DNA from: Azolla caroliniana
Taxonomy: Eukaryota > Plantae > Polypodiophyta
Direction: 5' to 3'
NCBI GenBank assembly: GCA_043228905.1
Contig: JBHGNT010000011.1
Span: 3,782,001-3,846,000, forward strand
Length of the DNA: 64,000 nt
Positions 51,875-63,797 of the stretch are shown piece after piece; position 1 is the stretch's first letter; every line of letters begins with the position of its first letter. A program made the translations under genes and the position numbers. The notes below the pieces were generated by a model. The model worked only from the letters and a program-made list of their open reading frames with translations. It was not told where the DNA came from and did not search any database.

Positions 51875-53970
51875 TTATCTCCCATGATTATCACGTAACA
51901 TGTAATCTATTACCTCGTCTTCACGAGCAAGATCATCTAGATTAAATTTAAGTTCTTCATAAGCCATGTGAAAGTTATCTGTTATTTGAATATTCGATTC
52001 TCGCAAAACTTGCAGCCATGATCGAATACACATTTCAGCCTTGAATGTGCATGAATGTAGTTTGATCCTATCATCAAAGGTCATTTTTACTACTGAATTT
52101 GCCTCTTCCGCAGGTACTGATGATGCTGGTATAGCAAGGTAATCACATGCCATCCTATACAATTTTGGCATTGCAGATTTATTATCATGCCACCATTGTA
52201 AAGGATCCTTATCTGTGCTAGCTAAAGGAAGTCTTATAAACTGCTCAATTTCAGATCGTGAATAAGAAATAAGACTTTTATTCTGTAAACCCATTAACCT
52301 CCAAATTTTAGAGTTATTATCAATAGGTTGTATTGTGGTTGAAGGTGGCTCAACACCACTCGAGAATGAGTGGTAATGGGACTCAATCATGCCTTCAACC
52401 AACTTAAGATCTAACTCTTTTTCGATATGGTCATTTGAAATAGGCAATCTAAAAAGGAATGAAAAATATTATTAAACTCAAATAACATATTAGAAAGCAT
52501 GAAGACAATTGTAAATCTTAAAGGAAAGTATTACCTGGGATCAAGAAACATTGCAATGCGCGATGGAATAGACTTTAACGATTCTTGATACTTAATTAAA
52601 TATTGTAAGCAGTTCTCAGACGCATTTTGAAGCACCGCTTGTGTGAATCTAGATGATCCCGGAGGTGAAGAATCTAAAAACTGATTACAATGATTAAGTA
52701 AACAATTATACGCTAGTGATGCTAGTGATAATGTAGAATATCTTGATCCTCCTAGAAAGGTAGAAACCTCTGCAGGTGTTTCTAACCATTCCTCCATAGC
52801 ATGTATGTGACTCCAATCTTCTACAGTCAAGGCATAACCATTGAAATCACTTGAAATTGTTAGATCTGAAATTGTAAAGTTCAATGAATCTCTATCCTTG
52901 ATAGCTTGCCTAAACATCTCTAAAGTAGAATTCCATCTTGTAACAACATCAAGCCTTGGAGGTTCCTTTTCACGATGTTCAACCATCTTAGCATACTTCC
53001 TAAACACTTCCCTTCGAACCTTGCTAGATCTAATAATTTGGAGCACTGTTCTCAACTTTTCTGTTGAGGGTGAGATAATCTCTAATGCTGACTTGATGCC
53101 CAATTGAAAAGTGTGCACCATACACCTTAACATGTGTGAGGGAGCTAAAATTTCCTTACCATGCTCATTTTGTAACAGCATGCTCAATTCCTTTGTAGCC
53201 ATTTGTGCATCACTAGCTCCATAAAAAATTGTAGCTAATAATCGACTTGAAATATTAAAAGATCCAAGTCGACAAAAGAGGGCATGTGCACAACGTTTCC
53301 CTGATCCAGCACCTGGAAATACATGCACAAAATCCAATAGCATGGACCTTGATCTTGTTGTCTTGTGACATGCCCAATGAAGTGTCACTGAGTAGAAGCC
53401 CTTTAGACTACTATTTGACCAACCATCAAAAGTAATAGAAAATCTTGATTGACTTTTTGATAATAAATCTATCACTTGATGGCGCAACACCACATACATT
53501 TCTAAGATGAAACGTTTAATTGTGCGCCTTGTCTTCATCTGATATCCAGGTACAAGGTCGTGTACAAACTCTTTAAATGCATCTGATTCCACATGTGCAT
53601 GGGGCAAAGTTCCCTTGACAATATACCTCGTGACGAAACAATCAATTTTCTTCTCTAAAAAACGAGATACTTTAGTAGACTCTATAGAAGATTGAATAAT
53701 CTTCGAAATACCTGAATTTTGATTTGGCTCGTCTGATAGATGATGTTTTTCCGTTAAATGCTTAGCTATAGTACCTGTGGATGTTTTTGAAGACCAACAA
53801 ACATGACAATGATGGCATCGTCGTCGAGGTGCGCCATTATCCGTATAAGATATGATGTGAGCATCTGTCCATGATGAACGTTGCCTTTTTCTTGACATGC
53901 TTGTTTGCCCATGGCTAACATTAATTGACGATGAGCCCATCACTGCATGAGTTTGAGAAGATGATTCCAT
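51875..53970 (-). CDS. hAT transposase (BED finger, RNase H-like core, dimerization domain), 2 exons, 669 aa
   Basis: Exons 52535-53970 and 51875-52448 joined across a GT-AG intron (DPR|LP). BED finger CHHC..HLTEKH, ITFDGWS, RCMVH, VVTRWNST, DPLQWW..YLAIPASSVPAEE. Confidence 0.92.
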
Positions 53971-54576
53971 TTAATGTTGTCCCTATAAAACATAAAAAAA
54001 GAAAGCATAGTTATGTATATAATACATATATTTTGTCCATAAGATAGTAACTACCATGACTATGACTCATATATGCATGGTTGCATCCTCTTATTAATTA
54101 AAATGGTCATATTGCATACACACATGTACCACATAATCTTTATCACACCCTATAAGCCATGTGCATGCATGTTCATATCAAATTGGGAAGTGATGAATTT
54201 GTTTAGTGCTGAAAATTAGCAACATAACATAATAGGAATACATGGTTCAAATAATCAAAATAGACGATCTCCTTTGAGGCCTTAGAGCAAGGAAGAAAAG
54301 TATATGCTCATGTTATATACTTTGGTTTCAACATAGATGTGTACATGGGCAGTAATCTGTTAGATTTTCCGATGCACCAGCTATGTTAAGGTATAATATA
54401 TTTGGTCTTTTTGACCTTATTTATAAAAGTTTCTTGATGATATACTAAAAAGAAGGAAAGAAGTATATATTAACATCCCTAAAAGACCATAATGGCCATT
54501 GAGATCTAACAAAGATTACTTCTCTTTGTTTTTCAGAATTTTGCTCCCATTTCAAAACATTTCTTGTAATTTATAG

Positions 54577-55387
54577 GTAGAAGAGCTAGGACGATTTGTT
54601 TTTAATCTTTCTCTGGTTGTTCCTGAAGGAATGGTTATTTTTTTGCCATCATTTGAGTACGAACAACAGTTTCACTCGGCATGGAAAGTCTCAGGAATCC
54701 TTGATAAGATACAAAGGAAGAAAGTTCTATTTCGAGAGCCCAGAGATGCTGCATCTCTTGATACAACACTACGTAAGTACAAAGAAGCTGTAACAGATAC
54801 TCAGAATCTGGATTCAGGAAGGACAGGAGCTATCATTCTGTGTGTCATAGGAGGAAAATGTCTGAAGGTATCAACTTTAGTGATGGTATGGGTAGATGTG
54901 TGGTCATGGTTGGATTGCCATACCCAAGCCTTTCAGATCCAGAACTTGTAGAACGCATGAAGTATGTTGATATGATTCTGTCAGTGCCAACAGAGAGGAT
55001 GTCTAAGGGTTGTGAGTTGGAAAACACACCATTGAGGAGCTATAATGGCAGAACTTATTATGAGAACCTATGCATGAAGGCAGTAAACCAGTCTATAGGT
55101 AATGCTCAAACACTTTTTGACTGCTCTTTTATGTTATGTTTGCATATGTTTCCAAAGCCACTCAGTGTATTAATGTCTTCTTAGGTAGAGCAATCAGGCA
55201 CATAAAGGATTATGCATCTATTATTCTTGTGGATACCAGATATACATCATCATCTTCTATAACATCAGGGCCAACATCAAAGCTACCCACTTGGATTAAA
55301 GAGCAGCTGATCATAGCGACAGGGAACTTTGGAGAGGCACATAAACGAATCCATCAATTCTTCAGGAAAAAACAAGACGATAACTAG
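54577..55387 (+). pseudogene. DDX11: Captured 3' exons of a DDX11/ChlR1 (XPD/Rad3-family) DNA helicase inside the hAT element
   Basis: Exon 54577-55098 ([67 protein letters not shown]), GT-AG intron 55099-55184, exon 55185-55387 (RAIRHIKDYASIILVDTRY..KLPTWIK). One-nt frameshift in an A-run at about 54855-54858; no N-terminal exons. Confidence 0.85.
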
Positions 55388-56365
55388 GTATGCATGATTG
55401 TTTTGATGTCAATTATAAGTACTTTTTAAGTTTTTATTTCTCAAAATTCTAGTAGGAGATGGCAAGATCACTCCAACATGGTAGACTTATCCGAAGGACA
55501 GGTTGAGGCGCATCTTTTTCTAGTGTACATTTTTAAAGTGGTACACTATTATCATCAAGAGTTTGAGATATAGGCTTTTACTTCATCATGTTCAGAATAC
55601 AAATATGGGTCACTAATAGCATAGAATAAGAAAGCGTAGCATTCAAAAAATTGTTCGTCAGGATTGAATCAATGTGTTTCATTATGTAACCTTACTGGGA
55701 ATGAAGCTGGGAATACTTGATCAATACATACCTGTGTAACGAGATTGTAGATTGTGTCGCTGTAGTAGGAACTTTGAAGAGGACTAGGGAGTTAGGAGTT
55801 AGGAGTTAGGATGAGGACTGAGGTAGCGCAACAGAGAGTATAAGAGAGTATACAGTATGTGAATCGTGCAGAAAAGAGAGTCAGGACTCAGGAGGCAGAA
55901 TATAGGATTATTATTTTTAAATCTAAAAAGTTAAAACCTAAAAACCAAACCGTTAAACCGAAACCGATAAACTGATAAGCCTTTAAACCGCTAAACCGCT
56001 AAACCGATAGCACCAAAAACCGAACCGAACCGAAACCGAACCGACTCGTATACTATGAAACCAAACCAAACTAGTTTTTAAACTTTAAACCGATAAACCA
56101 TTAAGCCACGACTTAGCGGTTCGGTTCGGTTCGAGCTAAAACCGGGCCCATTGCTACTTGTAACATTCTCTATCATGGAGAAGACGATCGAGCCACCAAG
56201 TAGACCGTCACCGAAAGCTGAAGAAGCCGTTGTTTAAGAAACCCAAACCCAAAATCTTCAAAGTATGAAGAGAGTAGAAACCAAACTCACAACCCCTAAG
56301 CTCATACTAACGAAGGACCTTAAAACTCTTACAAGAAGAAAGAAACTCTAAACCTCTGAAATCCT

Positions 56366-57152
56366 TGTTGAGAATCAAACTCAACTTCCCTAGTGTGGGA
56401 ACACACCTTAGGAGCATCCAAGTGTGTGAACACCCCACCACTTTGTATAATAACTAATGTGTCATAGAACTTAACTCCTATGACACATAGTTAGTAGGTA
56501 GTTAAGTCTCCACCTCTTTCCCAAGAGGTAGTTGTAGTAAGAGAATATAAAGAGAAGGTGACTACATAAGCACCTTCTCCTCCTCTTGTATGCGATGGTT
56601 ATTTCCTTGTGAATACAGTTTCTTGTTTTTCTGTCTTGTGTTGACTCTCTCTCTCTCTCTCTCACCCACACATCTTCCTTTTGTTGCACAAAATCATACA
56701 CTTGATTCTTTACATGGTGTCAGAGCGCTTGGTAGCTTGATCTAAGCCCATCAATGTGTGTTGTGTATACGCCAATGTTCACGAAGAACCGACTGATTGC
56801 TGTAGTAGCAACCTTACATAGTTCGTACCATAGAGAAGAAGAATAAGGATAACAACTCCAACCAATCAACCATCATGAATACTCAGATGAGCAGTTCTCT
56901 TCCAAGAGAAAAGTTGGATAGAAACAACTTTGTGTCTTGGGAATACAAGATGCACCAATACCTTGTCGGCCAAGGCTATTGGAGGTATATAGAAGGAGCA
57001 CAAGAAACTCAACCCAACCTAAAACATGCCAACTACCCATCATGGGAGCAAGCGGCAAGCCGTGTGCTATATTGTCTGGCACCATGTGTCCATGATCACA
57101 TGCTCGACTATATTCGAGAGGCAAAGAAACAGAAGGAAGCTTGGGAGAACCT
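56366..57152 (+). mobile_element. Copia 5' LTR, PBS and gag start (truncated)
   Basis: LTR TGTTGAGAATC...TTCTTTACA at 56366-56714; PBS TGGTGTCAGAGC at 56715; gag EKLDRNNFVSWEYKMHQYLVGQGYW is similar to the gag near 19600. Confidence 0.85.
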
Positions 57153-57494
57153 TGTTACCCGTAGGAGTGTACGGGGCCGTATAAGGGTAAAATATGTTAA
57201 CGGGGTTGTTGTATATGTGTAATGTATACGAGTGTGAGTGAGGAAAAATATGTGTATGAACACACATGCACAATTATGTGCATGTGTGTAACGGCCTTTT
57301 TTGTAATGGTCATATTATATAACCGTTACATTTGATGTACTATATAAACCCCCTATGGGGCATGTAATGAATATAGAACTTTCCCTCTCATTTTTGTGTC
57401 ATTCTCTATTCTTTCTCCTTCTCTCTTTCTCTCACATGTAACCCCCTTGGGTGGGGGATGGAGCCGTTCTTGGCTTCACCTCCCACCCATAACA
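57153..57494 (+). mobile_element. LTR-like segment related to the sequence at about 23400-23727 and its duplicate
   Basis: TGTTA...ATAACA ends; shares CCCC.TATGGGGCATG and GGAGCC.TTCT..TTC..CC.CC.ACCC.AT motifs with the duplicated block; no clear TSD. Confidence 0.5.
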
Positions 57495-58557
57495 CTTGGA
57501 ACGCCTAAATGGCTGTCCCTCCCTTGAGAGGAAGTCTATCCCTCTCTCCCTCTCTGCATTTCTTCCCCTATGTGTGTCTAGCTCTGTATTGGAGAGTGTG
57601 GTTTTTGGCGTGGACTCTCAAAGTGAGAACTAGTCTGCAATGGCTAGGGTGTCGAGCTTTTCTTGTGAAAGTTAGAGAGAATGAAGATGCCACGCCACAC
57701 CACGCCCACGACTCACTCTTATGGATCTTCTCTAATGTGGCTCAGACTGAGGTTATTGCAACATCCATCAAATCTGCGACTGCCCACCTTCTTCTTCACC
57801 CCCACCTTTGATGATGATGATGATGACGCTTCCTCTTCTACAGGAAGAACACCATGGATGTAATTGGAATTCATCGGCAAAGTTTCAATAAGATTGCAAG
57901 GATTTCTAAAGGTGGTATTTTGGTGAACATTGGAAGCAGGGCTGAAGCGTGATGTGGAGAAGTTGGCTAATCAAAATGAGAGACGGAATGCTTGGTAATA
58001 TATGTGGCATATACTTCATTGATAAAGGTCATTGGTGGTAATTCCTTGATTGATATGGATGTTAAATGTGGTTGGATTGCTGAAGCTACATGATTGTTCA
58101 AGGATTTTCTAGTTAAATATGTTACAATATTCATTGTAATAGTGGACTGTTTTGTATATTGACTTTGGCCACTTTAAGTTTAATACCAATGGAGGATATT
58201 TTTTTGAAAAAAAAGAACGCCATGGATGTAATTTGTGGCTTCCTCTCGGTGCCCCTAATTCCCAGACCTACATGTGTACTGGGGCAACACAAAAGGAGTT
58301 GAAGCAAGAGGGGGAGCCATGGCGATTGCTATTGCTAGTGACCCAACAAGAGGAGCCACCCCACTGATTGCACATCCCATGACAATATACCCCATAGCCG
58401 GATCGGACGAAGAACTTGCTACTGCTCGCATTGACATGGACTGAGCACAAACACATTCTAACTCTGTTTCCTTGCTCCTTGCACCGTCACTCGACTGCTC
58501 CTTGCTATGGCGTCTTCTGTTGGGAAAGAAGAGAAAGAGAGAAGAAAGAGAGACAAA

Positions 58558-58634
<77 letters not shown>

Positions 58635-58831
58635 ACATAAATGTTTTATTATAGAAAAATGCCCTAAATAGTTACAACGTTGGTGGTGGCTTTATATAGA
58701 CCACCACCAATACACTTACAGTTTCCTTCTCATGAAGGAAATCGTATTCATAATAAGTACTAACTATTAATATATATTAATATATTAATTTTTGCTTAAT
58801 ATTTTCCACACTCCCCCTTAAGCGAAAATTT

Positions 58832-60526
58832 CTAGAAGTGTAGGTTTTCATCTTTATCTTCAATTACATCAATTAATCCAACTTGCTTGCAACAAATAAT
58901 GTGCTTAGAATGTTGAAGAGGTTTTGTTAGAAAATCAGCCCACATTTGATGAGTGGGAGCAAACTTTAACTCCATCTTCTTTGTTTCAATGAGATCGCGA
59001 AGAAAATGATGTTTTAAGTCCACATGACATATATTGTCACTCATCTTCGGATTGTTGGCTAACTTGATGCAAGATTGATTATCACAAAACAAAGTCACTG
59101 TTGGAATAGTAAATAGTTTACATTCTTCGAGCATAGCTTTAATCCATATGCCTTCTTTAGCCGCTAAAGCCGCGACAACATATTCAGCTTCCGTGGATGA
59201 CAATGCTACAGTAGTTTGTTTCTTCGACTTCCACGAAATTGCAGCGCCGGCTAGTGTGTAAGCATATCCACCTGTTGACTTGTGATCTTCCACATATCCC
59301 CCCCAATCCAAGTCTGACCAACCAATTAGTTGGCTAGAGGGATTTGTCCATCCTTGCACAAGTGTGGTTGACTCAGACTGTGTGGCGTAGTAAGTCAATG
59401 CATAATGTTGAGTATGCTTCACGTAGCGTAATAATCCTTTGAGCGCGATCGAATGCTTCGGTCCTGGATTAGCCATGAAACCCGCGGCAAAGCAAATATC
59501 GGGATGTGAGCAACTTACTAGATATCTTATACACCCAAGGATTTGTTTATAGGGTACATCCTTCATTTCGGAAATTTCTCGTTCATTTTTTGGGGAATCA
59601 TCATTTGAAAGTTTACATGGAGAGGTAAGAGGAGTACTAATAGGCTTACTATGGATCATATCAAATCTTTGGAGGATAGAATTAATATAATTTGATTGTG
59701 ATAATGAGATAGTGTGATTTGTTCTATTTTGAGTTACTTTGATGCCTAGAAAATGGGTCATAGGGCCTAAATCGGTAATAGGAAAGATATATGCAAGTTC
59801 CTTCTTTGCAATAGTTAGATAAGATTTAGAGTTAGAGATCAAGGGAAAATCATCAACATAGACACCTATGATAACAAAATTGGATTTGGCTTTTCTAACA
59901 TAGATATTTGGCTCATTGTTTAGACGATGATATCCAGCTTTTATAAGAAAAGAGTGTAGTTTGTGATACCATATGTGTGGAGATTGCTTAAGACCGTAAA
60001 TAGATTTACGAAGTCGACAAACATGTGTCGGATGACTTGGATCTTCAAAAAATTGTGGTTGTTGTAGATAAAGTTCTACATCTAAATCTCCATGAAGAAA
60101 AGCCGTTTGTACATCCAAGTGATGCAATTCTAGATCATGTTGCACGGCAAGAGCAACGAGCATTCGAAAACCACATATTTTTAGCCTTGGACTAAATGTA
60201 TCTTGAAAATCAATACCTGGTACTTGAGAAAATCCTCGAGCAACTACACGAGCCTTGAAGCGAATTGGATTGCCATTACTATCTCGCTTTATGCGTAAGA
60301 CCCATTTAGAACCAATTATTTGTCGATCTTTTGGAGACTCAACGAGGGTCCACATACCATTTTTAGGTAAAGCCTTCATTTCTTCTTCCATAGCCTTTCT
60401 CCATTTGATAGAATCCGATTTGGAAAATGCATCTTTGGCCGATAGATTTGTGTCATCACTAAGGGTTGGAATATCTTCTTCTTGTATATAAGCTTCATGG
60501 TCCAAGTCCACAAAATGTGCTTCCAT
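58832..60526 (-). CDS. Copia reverse transcriptase-RNase H
   Basis: IGSKWV..FKARVVARG, DVQTAFLHG, SIYGLKQS, YVDD, SSTEAEY, CDNQSCI, ADFLTK. Confidence 0.92.
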   Translation of the reverse strand: MEAHFVDLDHEAYIQEEDIPTLSDDTNLSAKDAFSKSDSIKWRKAMEEEMKALPKNGMWTLVESPKDRQIIGSKWVLRIKRDSNGNPIRFKARVVARGFSQVPGIDFQDTFSPRLKICGFRMLVALAVQHDLELHHLDVQTAFLHGDLDVELYLQQPQFFEDPSHPTHVCRLRKSIYGLKQSPHIWYHKLHSFLIKAGYHRLNNEPNIYVRKAKSNFVIIGVYVDDFPLISNSKSYLTIAKKELAYIFPITDLGPMTHFLGIKVTQNRTNHTISLSQSNYINSILQRFDMIHSKPISTPLTSPCKLSNDDSPKNEREISEMKDVPYKQILGCIRYLVSCSHPDICFAAGFMANPGPKHSIALKGLLRYVKHTQHYALTYYATQSESTTLVQGWTNPSSQLIGWSDLDWGGYVEDHKSTGGYAYTLAGAAISWKSKKQTTVALSSTEAEYVVAALAAKEGIWIKAMLEECKLFTIPTVTLFCDNQSCIKLANNPKMSDNICHVDLKHHFLRDLIETKKMELKFAPTHQMWADFLTKPLQHSKHIICCKQVGLIDVIEDKDENLHF

Positions 60527-60996
60527 TTGATCAAGTTGTTCATAAATACTACTTAGAGATCTATACTTTGGAGGTGGAGAGTCTGGTGGAGAAGTTGGTG
60601 ATGAGCTTGGAATGAAGGATTAGGAGAGGGAGTGGCGAAGATAACATTATTTGTATTATTTGAGGGAGTTAAACAATGTGTATTTAAAGGAGTATGAGGA
60701 AGAGAATCATCTAGAGATTGGAATGAGGGAAGATGAGAAGAAGAATTAGTTGGTTGAGTAGGATTGATCTTTGCCTTGTGAATAGATGGAAGAGCAACAC
60801 AAATAGTGGAAGTAGAGGATGAGCTAATGTTGGTTCCTTCAATATGAGAGCTATTAATATTAGAGATGGTTGAGGAAGATGGTTGTAAGTGGGTAGGGGT
60901 AGGTAATAAGGGAGGTAGATTAGAAGAGAGTGAAGAAGAAACCTTTGTAGAAGGCCCATTTTCTTGGAATATCACATTACGACTAAAGAATATTCT

Positions 60997-62055
60997 TCAT
61001 TTTTGTGGATCGTAGATCTTGTACGCCATGTATCCCGAAGCTTCTCCATATCTGATGAAAATTGATTTTGTAGCCCTTGGATCTAGCTTATTTCTTTGAA
61101 CATTTGGCACAAACGCATAAGCATCACAACCAAAAATACGAAGGTTACTTAAGTTAGGTTTGTGACCATGCCATAATTCATAAGGGGTTTGGAGCCCCAA
61201 AGATCTATGAAATCCTTGATTTTGAATATAGCAAGCGGTGCCAACCGCTTCCTCCCAAAATTGAGGCGATAAGTGAGCAAATTGTAACATACTTCGAGCC
61301 ATATTGAGAAGTGATCTATTCTTTCTTTCAGATACACCATTTTGTTGTGGTGTGTGTGGTGTTGATATTCTATGATGTATACCTTCATTATGATATAAAC
61401 TTTGAAATTCATGAGACATATACTCACCACCACCATCGGTTTGAAGACTTTTAATCTTTGATGGTGTTTGCACTTCCACTCGAGCCTTGTATTCTTTGAA
61501 TGCTTGATAAGCTTGACTTTTGTACTTGAGAAAATGCAAGATTGTAAATCGACTAAAGTAATCTATAAAGCTAATGAAATATTTGGCTCCACTAAGGGAA
61601 GGGGTTGGAAAAGGTCCACATAGATCACTATGTACTAATGCAAGAGGGGTAGTGGCTCTAGATCTATGCTTTGGGAAGGGTTGTTGGGGCATTTTCCCAA
61701 GGATACAACTTTCACACAAAGAGATGGGTTTGAAAGGTTCTTTTGGCAAACCATGGACTAGATTATTACATTGTAATGTTTCTAGATCATTGAAATGCAT
61801 ATGACCTAGACGAAAATGGCAACGAGAAGAAGGAGAATGAAGATTGGTTAAAGATATGGAGGATTGTATTGGGGTAGTATAATATGCTTCTAAAATAAGA
61901 GATGTAGGAATACATTTTATAGGATATAAGCCTCCTTCTCGTTTACAACATGTTCTAATAAGTTCTCCATTTGAGGCTTTATGTTTAATAATAGCATGGT
62001 TAGGATAAAATTCAATGATTGTACCATTTGTCGTTGCTTGACTAACCGATAGCAA
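60997..62055 (-). CDS. Copia GAG-pre-integrase and integrase core (fragment)
   Basis: HFRLGH..CESC, VHSDLCGP, LQTDGGGEY, PQQNGVSERKNR, FWEEAV.TA. Confidence 0.9.
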   Translation of the reverse strand: MLSVSQATTNGTIIEFYPNHAIIKHKASNGELIRTCCKREGGLYPIKCIPTSLILEAYYTTPIQSSISLTNLHSPSSRCHFRLGHMHFNDLETLQCNNLVHGLPKEPFKPISLCESCILGKMPQQPFPKHRSRATTPLALVHSDLCGPFPTPSLSGAKYFISFIDYFSRFTILHFLKYKSQAYQAFKEYKARVEVQTPSKIKSLQTDGGGEYMSHEFQSLYHNEGIHHRISTPHTPQQNGVSERKNRSLLNMARSMLQFAHLSPQFWEEAVGTACYIQNQGFHRSLGLQTPYELWHGHKPNLSNLRIFGCDAYAFVPNVQRNKLDPRATKSIFIRYGEASGYMAYKIYDPQK

Positions 62056-62752
62056 ATGTTTGGTGATGCCCGGGACATAGAGAACTTCATTGATTGTGAA
62101 ATGTCTTCCTCCTGTGACTTCAAAAGTAATATCACCCTTGCCAATAGCTTGTTTAGTCCCATTATTTCCAAATCATTGTAATTAACAAGCGCTTGGAGTG
62201 TATGCGCTTGTTGGGTGTCATTTTTCGGTTCGTCGATAGTTTGTAAGTGCTTCCACATGGCTTGAGCCATCTCCATGTTCCGCAATGTTTCTCCAGTGCC
62301 ATCACTTACGTGCATTAGAATTTCCATTCTTGCACACAAGTCCTTTTCTTCAAATTCTTCAAGTTCGTCGCCTTTTTCAAGTTTTGTTGACGATCCTGAA
62401 ATTATGTCCCATACTTTATTATATTTAAAAAGTAATTCTAATCTTTCCTTCCAAATTGATCATGTGTCTGATAATTTCTCGATCGTGAATTTTCGCATGT
62501 TGAGTTGCGACAACGACATAGATTGTGCCATTATTGCAGAGGACTGTCCAGATCAACGCACGGCAAACACAAAATTGTCGTTTGTTATTTGACGATCTTG
62601 GACACTATGAATATAATTATTTTTGTATGGGCATGAAAGATAAATTATGGTAAGGGCAAGTGTTTTGTAATTTTAGAAAGGCATAGGCTATAAGGCTATT
62701 AGGTCATTTGGCTCTGATACCATGTTGGGAAAGAAGAGAAAGAGAGACAGAA

Positions 62753-62806
<54 letters not shown>

Positions 62807-62902
62807 ATAGAAATGTTTTATTATAGAAAAATGCCCTAAATAGTTGTATTATATAGACCACCACCAATACACTTACGGTTTCCTTCTCATGAAGGAAACC
62901 GT

Positions 62903-63797
62903 TGTCGTGTGGCGTGTGACACACGTGTCAAACGTCGGGATGTGCGTGTCACAAATGTGGACAAGCACCGGGCCTCTATCCGCTAGAGGTTATGGAGGAT
63001 CGATGATGGGATTTCCGTGCCTACGGGTTGGTCCAACGGGACCACCGAGGTCTTTGACTAGGGGGAACAAATCGGGTGAGTTGTGCTTGCAAGGAGTTGT
63101 GTTTATCGTCGGGTCGTCCTTTATTGTCGAAGACGCACCCGAACCCGACTCAATGGTGTGGTGGATTGATGTGTAGGCGACTGAAGTGACGCACTAATGT
63201 GGTTGAGAGTGAGAAAGAGAGAAGAAAATTGAGGAAGTGTTTAAGATAGATAGATAGATAGACGAATCGAAATTCCAATTCCGGGTTTGAACCCTTGACT
63301 TCAATTTAGAGAAACAAGACACATTGCCAATAAGATAACTAAGATTTATTAATTATTATTAATTGCATACATTACTTGCTTTCCCCATAGATTGATTGAT
63401 TCCCCTCTTATATAGATGCCCCTATGCATATGTGCATGTGAGGGTGTAAGACATGCATGAAATGCATGTGATGCATGATGACCATGTACCTCATCCAAGC
63501 TCTCATGTATACGCATTCACATGTAAAATGTACTATAAAAAAAGTAAGGGAATAACCTAGTGTAATGGTATGTCAATTGCTTCCTTACTTAGAGGTGTAA
63601 GGTTCAAAACTCTACTTGTACCTCATTGTATGCCACTAGGCCCTAAGCTTATTTTTTATATTTCGTGTAATGAACACCTATACACACATCGCACGTGCAC
63701 ATTAACCATCACCCCTTTTATACATGTGCATATTGCACGTTCTCGGTTTTTCCCGTTTCACTCGACTTTCACACTGTTGCCGAAAATCTCCACGACA
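62903..63797 (-). mobile_element. Solo-LTR-like insertion (895 bp) inside the Copia 5' LTR, TSD CCGT/CGGT
   Basis: TGTCGTG...CACGACA termini; the uninterrupted sister LTR reads GAAGGAAATCGTATTC at this site; A/B-box-like motif at 63558-63611. Confidence 0.8.

Larger units (their letters stand above)
50248..56156. mobile_element. Complete hAT DNA transposon (5909 bp) with TIRs and 8-bp TSD
   Basis: TIRs TAGCAATGGGCCCGGTT and AACCGGGCCCATTGCTA; perfect TSD CTTGTAAC at 50240-50247 and 56157-56164; dense AAACC(G/A) subterminal repeats at both ends. Confidence 0.95.

Noticed and set aside
54577-55387. Helitron interpretation of the helicase fragment
   Set aside because: The motifs are XPD/DDX11 (SF2), not PIF1-type RepHel, and the boundaries are hAT TIRs with a TSD.
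58255-58654. ORFs with SLSL or ERER runs
   Set aside because: They are translations of the LTR (GA)n microsatellite.
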